This document shows, piece after piece, positions 27,101 to 40,230 of a stretch of DNA of 64,000 nucleotides (position 1 is its first letter; every line of letters starts with the position of its first letter). Below the pieces are notes generated by a model, which saw only the letters and a list, made by a program, of their open reading frames with translations, did not search any database and was not told where the DNA came from. Location: contig OZ037767.1 of NCBI GenBank assembly GCA_964035545.1, forward strand, positions 941,680 to 1,005,679, given 5' to 3'. This DNA comes from Bugula neritina (taxonomy: Eukaryota > Animalia > Bryozoa). The position numbers and the translations under genes are program-made.

Positions 27101-28721
27101 AAATACGTGTGCTACTGGAAATACGTCTGCTACTGGAAATACGTGTGCTGCTGGAAACACGTCTGCTACTGGAAATACGTGTGCTACTGGAAATACGTGT
27201 GCTACTGGAAACACGTCTGCTACTGGAAATACGTGTGCTACTGGAAATACGTGTGCTACTGGAAATACGTCGGCTACTGGAAATACGTGTGCTACTGGAA
27301 ATACGTCGGCTACAAGAGGCACGTATGCTATTTGGACTGTTGCTACTGACAATATGTTCTACAATAGTCAACAACTCCAATTGAAGTATTTTTACAAGTT
27401 CTTTCTCTTTTGCAGTTACCACAGAACTACACACTGAAACCATTCTCCATGTGAATAATCTCAACTATTCCAACAACCTGAATGCTCAGTGCGGAGCTCA
27501 GAGTCAAGCAAGTGGTCAGTTTATTACATTCGCTACATATCACCTCTGTCATGTCTCACCTCTGTCATGTCTCACCTCTGTCATGTCTCACCTCTGTCAT
27601 GTCTCACCTCTGTCATGTCTCACCTCTGTCATGTCTCACCTCTGTCATGTCTCACCTCTGTCATGTCTCACCTCTGCCATGTCTCACCTCTGCCATGTCT
27701 CACCTCTGTCATGTACCACCACTGTCATGTATCACCTCTGTCATGTCTCACCTCTGTCATGTCTCACCTCTGTCATGTCTCACCTCTGTCATGTCTCACC
27801 TCTGTCATGTCTCACCTCTGTCATGTCTCACCTCTGTCATGTCTCACCCCTGTCATGTCTCACCTCTGTCATGTCTCACCTCTGTCATGTCTCACCTCTG
27901 TCATGTCTCACCTCTATCATGTACCACCTCTATCATGTCTCACCTCTATCATGTCTCACCTCTATCATGTCTCACCTCTGTCATGTCTCACCTCTATCAT
28001 GTCTCACCTCTATCATGTCTCACCTCTGTCATGTCTCGCCTCTGTGATCTTTTCAAGTTTTGACTGGATGTGTTTCTTTAAATAAGACGGTAATTTTACC
28101 TCCAGGCTGCGAGTTGTCGGTGATAAATGTTCCGGAAGAAGTTCCGGTGAGACAAGACTTAGAACCTGACTCTCTAGACATCAGTTTGGATTTAGCTGGT
28201 TTGCCAAACATGGTCACCTTAGAGCAGGAGGAGAGGGAGAGGGCAGGTAAACAAAATACTTTTCGATTAAAAAAATAAAAATAGGCAGAGAATACCAGCG
28301 ACTATTTTGAGAGAATTTCAATGAATACATAAGAATTATCTGAAAAACTGTATCTATTCAATCCGAAAATTTACAAAAGTTAAACAATGCTATCGGCTTC
28401 ATAGCTCAGCAGGTTGCTAATAAGGTCTTGCCGTTTAATATTCCCTCTTAGCCTGTAGAACTTTAGCCCTGGGTCCATGTGTATTTCATAGCTATAGCTG
28501 AGAGGCGGGCTAGTGAGGGGGTCCCAAGGAGGCTGTTCAGAGCTGTGTTTGGTGTGGACGGCTTAGTAATCTCTGAGAGGACCCACCAGAGTGAGCTGGA
28601 AGCTCTGAACAGACACAAATCTCTCCGCGAGGATAAATACTTGAAGTTAAAGTCGACGTGTAACATTGCTGCGTTTGTGCTGGTGGGGCTGGGTGTGTTT
28701 TGCCATATTTACTGGTCATAA
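21120..28721 (+). CDS. SLC5/SGLT-like sodium:solute (sugar/inositol) symporter, paralog A
   Basis: Approx. exons 21120-21138, 21421-21503, 21762-21830, 22097-22201, 22357-22461, 22805-22991, 23123-23216, 23380-23518, 23665-23799, 23956-24063, 24185-24335, 24494-24662, 24926-25142, 25751-~25816, 26938-~27318, 27417-27514, 28106-28246, 28491-28721. Motifs [91 protein letters not shown]. Confidence 0.9.
21215..21365 (+). mobile_element. Truncated, diverged copy of the tRNA-derived SINE
   Basis: TGGTCTAGGGGTTAGAGCGTTTGCTTAGTAGACAC...AAAGGCCATCAGTGATGTTAGAAAGAGCTTCCAGTCACAATTGCTCCTGTGC aligns with 345-470. Confidence 0.85.
22555..22785. repeat. 11-bp unit minisatellite (ATCTGTAGATC/ATCTGTAGAAT)
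   Basis: About 20 units in an intron. Confidence 0.9.
25807..26657. repeat. 53-bp minisatellite that begins inside an exon and includes the splice donor
   Basis: GATCAAAGTAGTAGGTCTACATTGAGTCTGAATCAGTAGTTAGTGTATGGTCA, about 16 copies. Confidence 0.95.
27019..27313. repeat. 18-bp tandem repeat, probably coding (ATGNT[S/C])
   Basis: GCTACTGGAAATACGTGT, about 16 copies, in an open frame continuous with the exon starting at 26938. Confidence 0.9.
27540..28045. repeat. 16-bp minisatellite (TCACCTCTGTCATGTC)
   Basis: About 31 copies, intronic. Confidence 0.95.
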
Positions 28722-30323
28722 TGTGTAGGACACTAATATATACATTATACTGTATATATTATATGCAGTACTTTACCATGTTATAGAATATATACTCTTG
28801 ATTGTGTTTTGACTTTACTTAGTTACAACTGCTGGAGAAGCCTGTAGTCTTGGATTTCTATGAAATGTGCTTCTTATAAAATGTAACATAACCTGAGGCT
28901 ACTGAATAGTGAAACAGTAGCATAGACCTGAGGCTACTGAATAGTGAAACCGTTAAAAATCATAGCCTGTAGATCAGCCTGTAATAACAGACTGTATATT
29001 GTTCTAATTTTATTCCTAACATTTTTTGTATAAAAACAAACTCGAAATGGACACAATATGCGTTACTCTTTCTCTTGTAGTCTGTTAGAATTCCATTAAT
29101 CTCTCTTATTGTCTTTTAAAAGTCCATTAATCTCTCTTATAGTTTGCTATGAGTCATTTGTATGTATTTACCCACTCTTACCCTCTGCTGAACTGTTCAA
29201 CTGTAATTGCTGTCATGACCCCTTGACCCTGTGCTCCCCTTGACTGTGCTCCCCTTGACCATGTGCTCCCCTTGACTCTGTGCTCCCCTAACCTCACTGC
29301 ACTATTAATCAGTATATAAAGCTATGAAGTAGAACATTCATTATTATAGCTTCCCTACCCAATACTATTATATATTAGTATCTTTTAACTCTGCATATTT
29401 GTCTATAGTAAACTAATATCTTTTTCTGTTCTAAAAATAGAAAGCTCAGACTAACAAAGTAGTTGTTATATAATTATCAGACATATGTAACTACAGATCC
29501 CCTTCAAGCTAGGGTGTGTCCTTTTCTTTGCTATTGTTCACACAAAAGTGATGCTTGGTGCTACGAATACTATTTTGGTTTGTTGCCAATATGTCTTTTT
29601 AGCAGTTCTATTGAGTGGATACATTCTCGTGCTATTGTGTAACATCTTACAGCCTAGTTTAATCTGAACAAGGTGCATCATGTGCCATCGTGCCTTAGTT
29701 GCTTCCCTATTTATTTAAAACACTCGGATGTTGGTGTTTTATCAGATTAAACCTTCACACCAGTCTTTTTGAAAAAATTATCAAAAGGTAAGTTATATAT
29801 CATGTTAATATAAAATATTATCTCGTAATATATCACATAATATATAATAATATCATAATATGCCATATGTACTATCATAATATGCCATATATACTATCAT
29901 AATATATCATATTATTTCCTTGACTTCAGTTGAGTTGAGTTCATCTGTAGAGTTATCCCACCTCTGTGGGCTACTTTATGGCCACATTTATTCTAAAACA
30001 TGTTGTTTTCGTATGAAAAGCTTAGAAAAAGTTGACTAAATATCTAGCTATTTGAGGTTGCTATTGCTATTGGCCATTTTCATTGCTTGCTGTTTAATAA
30101 TCTGATCAAAAATGTGTTCTGGGACATAAATCAATTAAATAGAAGGGGAAGTATTAGTTTAATGGTCGAACTTTGCTTTTTTTTCAGGTTGTTGTAGTTT
30201 CGTTTACAACCAAATCCCTTATAAGTAATCATTCAAGCCTAAACGAGCACTAGACACTACTTGGGGTACCATAAACACACACTTTGAGCACCTGATCGGC
30301 CAGTCAAGTACCTGGCAGGTGGC

Positions 30324-33300
30324 ATGGAGTCTGGTACTCTCACTATAGATATTTTCAGAGCCGGCTTGGCGTCAGCTGACTATATAGTTTTGACCTGCTG
30401 CATTTTCTCCATTATCATCGTTGGGCTGCTCGTAAGTTATATTTAAACCACTCTTTACTCATGCAGTTTAATATGGTGATTTATTCACCTGGCGTTGTCT
30501 CTAGAATCATAACTAAGGTAAATAGAACCACAAAAAGCAATACTAATATTAGAAAAACAACTAATACTATGCTAGCCAGGTTAGTTGGTGGAATACAAAC
30601 AGCTCAGCATATGCTCACCTACTGGTGAAGATAACTTCTAATTCATTAGAAATTATAGAAAAGAGCATTTGGTTAAGATTTTAAGTGAGGTTAGCCGGTG
30701 CTTTGTTGAAGGAAGTACTTTACAACTGTAGCAAGTTATAACATAGTTGTGAAGCAATAGCTGTAACATGTAGTTACTAAGTTATGGTGCAGCGAGCAAT
30801 GCTTGTTACTTAATTGAAAGCATCTGAAACATTTGAAAATAATTTGATAATTTTTTTACAGAAGATACAAACATTTTAGTTGTCCATGGATAAAATTTTG
30901 CTCATGTTAACATCTGTAATTTCTTAAATATTTAATACGGTCTAGTAACACTTCAGTTTCCTGGTGGAATAATAAAAACTTGTAGATATTCTGTGAAAGC
31001 TCTTCATATCTTTTAAAACTATAATCCTTACACTAATTATTATTTAAATTTTAAAGATGTTATGATAGATTCTTGGCTACTAATTACAAAACACTGCTTG
31101 AAACAGCTAAGTTGTGACAAAAAGCTACCAATAGATTATAGCAAGATTGCCACTAGCTGCAGCTGGAGGTGTGGCCATTATTGTTACACGAGTTACGTTA
31201 TTATTGGCTTGGCAGTAGAGATGGAGAGTGAACATATTTTATTAAGTGTAGACTCTCGGTTTCTTGTAAATCTATGAAGATGAAATATTACTCCATCATT
31301 GTGCCAACATTATTAGCTTTACCTGTCAAGTGACACCGCAAATACCTGGGCTTTATATGTCACCATTTTCCTACGCGAGGTAGGAACTCTCGCCAACTTA
31401 TACTCATATTTGAAACTCTGCCAATATTATATTCCAACAAATACTAAATACTCTTATGCAACATAAAGCGATAATTTTCTATTTTAAAAAATTAAAGGGA
31501 TAAAACTCTCTCCCTAAACGCTACATAAATCTGGTTGAGATTGAAGGAATGGGTAGCTGCAGTTGGCAGCTGCATGTAATACATTCTATCCACTCATGAC
31601 AGAGTCCGTGTAAAGTTAACACTTGCTGTTGTGCCAAATTATTATATTTTTCTTTGTTGCACTCATTCAGTACAGGTTTATATGGTCTTCATGACAAAAT
31701 AATTAAAATAATTTAATGCAGACTGTAGGAAGAGACAAACAGACAGATGCATAAATAAGTAATATTTATATCAAATTACAGCAAAATTTTATCTAATTCC
31801 AGTCTTCGAGATGCAACAGAGGCTCCTTAAACGGCTACTTTCTGGCCAACAGGAACACACATTGGATAGCTGTAAGTCCTCTACTGTATATAATATCATA
31901 TGTTTTCTTAAGTGCACATAGCATACAATGTCTGACAATATACCCCATCAGCTTACCCATTCACAATCAGTGTACTAATATCATTTCCGTGTAAGAAATT
32001 TCACTCAAACTTATTATTTACCTGCAGGTTGGTCTGAGCATTTTTGTGTCTAACATCGGCACTGAGCATCTCATTGGCCTCACCGGGACAGCAGCAAATG
32101 ACGGCATCTCAGTTGCTGTGTTTGAATTCCAGGTGTGAATACTGACTCTGCAGGTTTTCTTTTCCAAATATCCTGTTTCATTTGTTGCTCAAAGGTTTCA
32201 CTAGCAATGGGTGAAGCTGTAGAATAGAGATGGCAATGTTTATACAAAGTCATTGAAAACTTCACTCAAGTTATCGATAGAGATTTTTTAAAGAAATATT
32301 TTACCAAAATAAATCTCTAATCCATAACTATTTATTGTTAGTGTGAATTAGCATTATATAGTTTGGATAACAATTAAGTTTCTTTATGCCAATTTTTAAA
32401 GAAAACTAACGGACCTTTTAAGCTTTAGCTAAATTTTTTTACAGAAGACAAGCTGTTTCAGAAATTATTTTATTTTGTAACTGAAGGAAGCTGTTTTGGA
32501 ATAATGCCCAGTTCACACTATTAGCTGCAGTGTGAACTGGGCATTATTTTAAGGTTCAACTTTTATTTGTAGAGGTATAGAATATACAGAGTGTAGAGGT
32601 GTAGAATATATAGTATAGAGTATAGAGTGTAGAGTATAGTATCACATAAACAAGTACTTATTGTTAACAATGTAAGCTTTAATGTAACTTTTTGTTATCA
32701 ATTACTAGACTAATTGTTTCATTATTGTTGACTATCATGAACATCATTTTTCATCTAGAACACAGGCTTTTCTCCATGTTGAAGCACTGTTCCAACGACC
32801 AACTCAGTTGGCCTCAGTTCTAGTAAAGTTGTTAATATTTCAGGCTATGCTGGTGCTGCCGATACTGGGCTGGATTTTCATGCCGGTATACATTGCGAGT
32901 GGAGTCCGTACGATGCCCGAATACATCTCCAAACGGTTTGGAGGGAAACGACTCAGCGCCGCCATTGTTATTCTTTCTCTCATCATTTATATTTTTACCA
33001 AAATTGCAGTAAGTTCTTGTTTGTCTCAGTCATAGCAGCTGTTTCGTATCTCTATGTCTTTTAGTTATTAGTGCCCAACTGAAGTGTAGCTCTACAGAGA
33101 GACATGTCATGATCATTCTATCAGCATTCTTCTAATAGAGTGTGTTTTACTTCTCAACCTCTAGGCCCTGCTACATGCCGGCTCCCTCTTCCTCAAAGGG
33201 GTGTTACAATGGGAGCAGCTGGGCAGTCTGCTGTCCATGGTGATGATTGCTGCCATCATTTGTGTCCTTGGAGGCATGACAGCGGTCATTTGGACAGACG

Positions 33301-36300
33301 TCGTGCAGTCACTACTGATGATTAGCGGCACTATCACGCTGACGGTCTACGGTAAACTCAAGGCAGCACTTTCTAACAGCGCTTTGTATCAGAACTAAAA
33401 TCATAAAGTGACAACATTTGAAATTTCCTAACCTAGTGAATCTACCCATCATGATCAAACTTGTTAAAAAAGCGCAGATTTAAAACATATCTGCCGTATT
33501 TTACTTCAACCCAACTGCTGTCTATGATAAGCTTCCCCTTTGGGCTAGATATTTAGTCGATACATGATTGATATAGAAGAATGCCTTCATTCGTTTCCTT
33601 AACTAAAACCTTTGCTGTTTTAACTGCCATTTTTAAACCGAAAGTAAAAGATAAATTAATTATTTCAGGATTCAATTTGATTGGTGGATATAATGAGATG
33701 CTGGAAAAGTATCCCAATGCAGTCGACTCTGTACTGAATAATCGAACTAACAGGTTTACCTTCCTACCAATTATACACTACAACTGGACTGTTGGCTTGA
33801 TATTAGAGTTCTTTGTTGTGTTCATAGCAGGCCTGGTTTATAATATCATCAATGCAATAATATTATATAGTAGTCAACTTTATTAGTTGTCAAAATTAGC
33901 CTACTTTTTCGAGCATACCATATATAGAACTTAGTCTATAGCCTTATCGTACATTTCTCAAACTGAGCGATTCCAGCTCTTCTATTCCTGTAATGTGAAG
34001 CTGACATTGATTCTCTGTTAACGTAATTCCAGCACAGAAGTATGTCGGGGAGCAATACCCGGCCCGTACCACATGATCGTGTACAATCCCAACAACTCTA
34101 AGACTTTGCCTAGTTTGGGGTATATCGGGATATTCATCATGGCCATCTGGTACTGGTGTTGTGATCAGGTATATAAATGAGTTGAATTACTAACTTTAAC
34201 TGAATGAACACTACTCTCTAACTAAGTTGAAATATATAACAAACTCTAAAGTTTTTAATTAAATTGTTTTTCAACTTTTTTACTGTAAATTTGCTGAAAC
34301 AAAAATCAATAACAGCATGACCTTTATAGTTCAGTGTTTGACCTCTATAGTTCAGTGTTTGACCACTATAGTTGATTACACGACCTCTATAGTTGATTAC
34401 ATGACCTCTAGGTGATGGTACAAAGAGCTCTAGCTAGTAAGAATTTGACTCATGCAAAAGCTGGCACAGTCCTGGCCGGGTTTCTCAAAATGCTGCCATT
34501 ATTCACCTTGGCTTTCCCCGGAGTCATCAGTCGAATAAACAACCCAGGTAATTACAAACAAAGTATAGCAACAGCATTGTGTCTTAAACTGTTGGGCAAA
34601 GTAATGCAAATTATTTTAAAACGATCTGTAAAATTTTATTCAGCAGAAATGTTACGTTTTTCACAAAATATTATGTAGATTATATATGTTTGTAGACATC
34701 ATAGCCTGCGCCAGCCCTGAGAGGTGCAAACTAGCCTGTGGGAAAGAAGACTGCAGTCACATGGCTCTACCCCTCCTCGCGTACTCTGTCTTTGAGAAAG
34801 GCAAGTTTGTTTATAGAGGGAAACTGAAGGAGTTACTGCACAAACTTCTTTACAAATATAAGCCGTATTTTGCCCTATATTGAAGTTATGTCCCTTGTTT
34901 TTGGAAACCTCAAAAACTGTTGAAACTTTATTTAACTAAAATTGTCAGGTGCAAAAGGTTAGACATTTGCTTAGCTTAGGTGTATAAGATTTGGCTTGGT
35001 GTTTTGGTTTGAAGCATCCAGGGCAAAACCTCATGCTGCAAATATTGTTTACTAGCACTAATGCTATCTGAAAAATATGTAACATACTCTAGAAAGACTT
35101 GAGACTTCTAATCTAATTATCTATAACTGGCACACAGTTAGTACCCAGTGACTTAGTCAGTACTCAGGAGTACCCAGTGACTTGGTGAGTACTCAAGAGT
35201 ACCCAGTAAGTCACTGGGTACTTATCAAGTCACCTGAAGCAGTTAGTTACTAAGTTTATACCTTACAGCATGTTTTTTGTTCTTCTCAACCAGGGGAAGG
35301 GCTGAGAGGATTTTTCTTAGGAGTGATGCTAGCATCTCTGGCTTCCTCCATGACGTCTGTGTTCAACTCCAGCTGCACCATCATATGTGTGGACATCTGG
35401 AAGAAAGTGAGACCACGAGCACAAAACAAAGAGCTGATGATTGTTGGAAGGTAAAAGAAATATTAGAGCAGAAGCAAGTATCACCGTTCCCAGTAGTTGG
35501 GTAACTTTGAGACTCTTGGCAAAAAATCGGTAACTGTGTGAAAGCTTTAAACAGTATTAAGTTTCTCTAAACAGGCTTTCAACAGCGCACGTGCTGGTAA
35601 AAGTTTTATCTTTCAAGGTAGTAGTTCTTGGCAGAATAAAGAGAATACAATAGAGGTCTGGTTTATGTCTACTATCACACTATAGCAAGTATTTTACAGC
35701 CCTGTATCCACAAGGTTTTTATTTCTGAATTACGTGTGTTGCCAGTTCATGCTCAAGGAGTAATTAGTAACTAGTTGTGGTAAAAAGTGCTCTTGGTTAC
35801 CCAAACACACTCTTTAACACAACTACCCAAACAATGTGAATGTTATACAAAGCTGAAGTCAATGCTAAAGTTATTTGAGACTGGGATAATTTGCCATCTG
35901 TTACAGCTGTATTACATGGCTGATTATTGCACAATATTCACTGTGATTGTGTTTTTCAGCCAAAAACAAATAAAACTTAAATTAGATCAAATTCATCAAG
36001 TCAAATTTTGATTAAAATTCACACAAATTTAACTCAAGTGTATTCAGTAATTTAGTAATATACTGTTTGACCTTCACATTGCCCTTGATTTAAAACAATC
36101 TACCACAACTACTCATCTCTATACTTCTACGATATGTTATTGACTTTCTGGATCTCTCCAGATGCGCCCCCTGTGTGTTGCAGAGTGTCCATTCTACTGA
36201 TGGTAGCAGCGAGCACCCTTTGGGTGTTGGTGCTCAACTTGCCAGAAAACTTTGATGACTTTTTCCACTCAATCCAGAGACTGACTGCCTTCTTCACGCC

Positions 36301-39300
36301 TCCTATAACAGCGGTTTTCATCACAGCTCTGTTCTGGAAAAGAACCACAGAAAAGGTGCAGCTTTACTTGATTTCTTATGTCAAAGTTGATGACAATTAT
36401 GAACAGCCTTGTATTTTAGTGGCAACAAACCACTTGATTATATTTCACACTAATCTACATTCACAGAGTTTATTTGCTCAAAGTCAAACTGACCTCAATC
36501 AAGCTAGTGAGCCACCTTCTTTGTCTCGTTATTTTATATTTGGTAACTTTGGAGTGGATGCCTACAGGTGTTTATCAAATAGCTTATAAGAATATAAAAT
36601 ATGAAGAGCCATTTGTGTAATAATGTGGATAGGTACTGGTTGTTACATGGTAAACATTTAAAAACTAGCAGCTAAAATTGCGTTATAGAACCTAAGATAA
36701 GTTAAAACAGATATTGTGAGTTACCTTTCATATACAAGAACTTTTGGACAAGCCTGCTTGATATAAGGAGGATAAAGCGTGCTCACTGCAAACAGCAATA
36801 AAAAAGTCGGTTTCACCGACAGTTGGTACAATTACTATCAAGTCTTTCACATGAATCACACTTCACTTGATGTAACGTCTGTAAACTTCAACAATCTTCC
36901 ATATTTTTAGGGAGCTTTTTATGGTTTGATGATCGGAACTGTGGCTGGACTAATTCGACTGATCCTGGAAAAATCTTACCCGAGTCCTAAATGCTCAGAA
37001 GATACAAGACCTGACATACTGAAGAACTTCCATTACCTTTACTTCTGTACCTGTTTGTTTGTTCTTTCCCTTCTGACTATTGTGGTGGTGTCATTGCTTA
37101 CAGACCCTATTGATCCCAAACATGTGAGTTGATCAACTTTATTACATCTTGTCTTCCTCAACTGCCCAAACACTTCACTGAATGTATTACCATGATTTTA
37201 TATTCTCTCTTACAATTCTCATATTTTTACATCAAACAAAGTTGTGACTTGTAAGAAACATCACCATTTCAGAGAGCAATAATATATAATCTAGCTTTTT
37301 GTTCATCTCTCTTAGCATCCTTGGATAGAATGCAAGCTGCATCATCTACTCAGTGTAATTTTCCCACATGTTTATTTGAGACACTAAATGGCTATTTCTG
37401 CAATGTTACAGCTTCCCAAGTTGATGTTCCAGACCCGGAAAGGCAAGTCCGATCAAAAGAAACAGAGTAAGTCTATTATGTATGCATATGAAGGTATTTG
37501 GTTGGTGGTTTCTGACTGTTTCTCCAGTTATCCAACCATCAGGGTTGCCCCTAGACTCCCTCTACACTCTACAGTATGTTGTGATCAAACCAGCTAAGCT
37601 AAAGCATTGTCTTCGCCCACTTTACACATGTGTATTATGCTTGTGATAAATTATGTTACATGCATGTTTTCTAGAAGGAAAATTTGAAGTTGAGAATCTA
37701 AACATATCGGAACCAACAACTGATGAAACATCCGGAAAGACAAAAACCAAAAGAGTGTCATTCATCGACGTTAAGTTAAACTCGGCAGTTTCCACATCAA
37801 CTGAATTCAATGCGTCTGAAAACTCCGAAGATGTGACGATTAATAACCTAGACTCTCCTCCAAGCTGCGAGCAGACCACCGACAGGAATACAGGTGAGCT
37901 CTAACAATTGCTGCTTAGTAACACATCATCTGTACATACACCAACACACTCAATAAAACTTGCTACTATAAATATGCTCTCTGTGCGGTAAATACTTGTC
38001 ATCTGGAACAACATTACAAGAGAAGACAATAAACATGGCATACATACAAATAAGAAATCGTTCTATTTTGGTGCAAGCTCCTTATACAGTGATTGAATCA
38101 AAATAGCCCAGCACATCTGCAGTGAACTACTGTAGTTGTTATGCAATGTACTTGACGACAAGGATGTGTTTCAGCTGGGCCAAGGGCTGTGTATATTATG
38201 ACTCAGAAGCTCTTCATGGCATCACCAGTAGTCCAGCTCGGGTTCGAACCCGTGACCTTGCACACACTAGGTCATCTAGTGCTTCAGCTGCTAGCCATAA
38301 GTAGAAATATTTACAATGAAATACAGCAAACTTTTCAGCTGTATAGTAATACAACACGAATGCCTTGGTCCATGTTGATGCCTTTTCATTTACCAATGTT
38401 TAAATAAACTGCACTATAAATTTAAGATTTGATTTTTAAAAAATGACAATTTTGTTATAAAGGGTCATCCAGTGAGTACAGTATTGACGGTGACTTAACG
38501 ATGGTGCCTACTCCGCCGTTGGAGTTGAAGACCGAAGAAGATGAAAAGAAGGAAGATGAAGGTTAGATAGCAAGGTCGTTGGCATGCCAAGGACATTACC
38601 ATTATTTTGGCTTACCTATTAAAAAGTTTAGCGGAATTATTCTAATCAAAATATTGTTGTCAAACAGTTGTAAAATCACATGCTACAATTATATAGGCTA
38701 ATTAGAGAGTGCTAACCAGGACCTTCTATGATAGATCTCCTGCACCAAAGAGCTTGTTCTTCTGCTGCACATATATTTATTGTATATCTCAGCAGCAGGC
38801 AAACTTCATTTCAACTTATTTACTCACTAAACAACTGACTTGTCATGGGAGAGAACTCTCAAAAGTGTGTTATGTTGGAATATTGGCTGCTAACTCAAAA
38901 CTGCACCCTTTCAGCATGTCTAAAATTCCTTGCAAATTGTAAATAGAATGAGTTGCATAACTTAAGTTAGTGTACAAAAACTCGAAAGATTTCGGTAAAT
39001 AGTTCTAAAAAAACCTTCTTTAAAGTTGTTGCTACTTAAGTGAATTCATTTTAAAATTTAAAATTTCTTTTCATTTTAGCTCACGCTAAGATGTTGGCAG
39101 ACGAGAGCATTATTTCGAGGATAGTGCACTACGTTTCGGGAACTGACCAAGTAATCAGGTCCGAGGAGACCCATCTTAGCGAGCGAGTGGCTTCAGAGAA
39201 AGCTAGGTCTATCATTGAGAGCACAACTTCATATTACGTTTGTAACATTGCTGCATTCTTGTTGGACACTGTCTCTATTTTCATTCATGTATACTGGTCA

Positions 39301-39342
39301 ACTGACTGGAGACCAAACGCCAACTCTCTGTCTGAAATTTAG
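30324..39342 (+). CDS. SLC5/SGLT-like sodium:solute symporter, paralog B
   Basis: Approx. exons 30324-30431, 31803-31871, 32028-32132, 32844-33008, 33165-33351, 33669-33753, 34033-34168, 34412-34547, 34697-34800, ~35293-35450, 36184-36355, 36911-37123, 37411-37447, 37675-37893, 38463-38561, 39080-39342. Motifs [83 protein letters not shown]. Intron positions match paralog A. Confidence 0.9.
32500..32548. mobile_element. Perfect 20-bp hairpin, probable TIR-only MITE remnant
   Basis: AATAATGCCCAGTTCACACT, 9-nt loop, AGTGTGAACTGGGCATTATT. Confidence 0.6.
38175..38300 (-). mobile_element. Diverged tRNA-derived SINE fragment
   Basis: Minus strand reads GGTCACGGGTTCGAACCCGAG (B-box), then TGGTGATGCCATGAAGAGC..GTCATAAT, matching the SINE body TGGTGATGTTAGGAAGAGC..GTCATAAT. 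Confidence 0.65.
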
Positions 39343-39365
39343 TGACTGATCTCCCATATTTAGAA

Positions 39366-39725
39366 CTTTATTCCCTATACTATGTCATATATTTATTCCC
39401 TATACTATGCAGTATGTTTATTCCCTATACTATGTAGTATATTTATTCCCTATACTATGTAGTATATTTATTCCCTATACTATGTAGTATGTTTATTCCC
39501 TATACTATGTAGTATGTTTATTCCCTATACTATGTAGTATATTTATTCACTATAATAATATGTAGTATATTTATTCCCTATACTATGTAGTATATTTATT
39601 CACTATAATATGTGGTATATTTATTCCCTATACTATGTAGTATGTTTATTCCCTATAATATGTAGTATATTTATTCACTATAATAATATGTAGTATATTT
39701 ATTCACTATAATATGTAGTATATTT
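39366..39725. repeat. 25-bp minisatellite (TTTATTCCCTATACTATGTAGTATA)
   Basis: About 14 copies just after the paralog B stop codon. Confidence 0.9.
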
Positions 39726-40230
39726 TTCACAGTCAAAACACTGGGAAATATTACAACTTTCTTCAAACAGCTGGAATTCACCAACATGCGATTTTGATTT
39801 TTGGTGCTTGGAAAATTGACATTGATTAATTTTATTCTCACAAAATATTCTTTCCTAACAATCTGTATACAATTTGAATTGAAAATTGTTATAATATTGA
39901 TATTTTTCTGTGGGGCTGAGGGTTCTATCACTTTTTCCATTTTTAAACTATATGGTCATGAGATATATAAAAAGCTACATATCACCCAGTATAACAAACA
40001 CTCATTAAGTGAGGATACAAAATTATGTGTGGATACCCATTATGTGTTTCATACACAGAGTAGGATATACATTTTATTTTAAATTCATCTATTTACAGAA
40101 ATTACAATTTTATCCAGAGTTGTCACTACAATGTCACGCAGACAACTACAAAATATGTGCAAAAATATATTAAAATATTATCTTTCAAAGGGCTAGCCAG
40201 AGTTCCTGAACACCGTGTATAGTACCACGG

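Noticed and set aside
29310-29322. TATA box (TATATAAA) upstream of SLC5-B
   Set aside because: Plausible position, but the motif is expected by chance in such AT-rich DNA.
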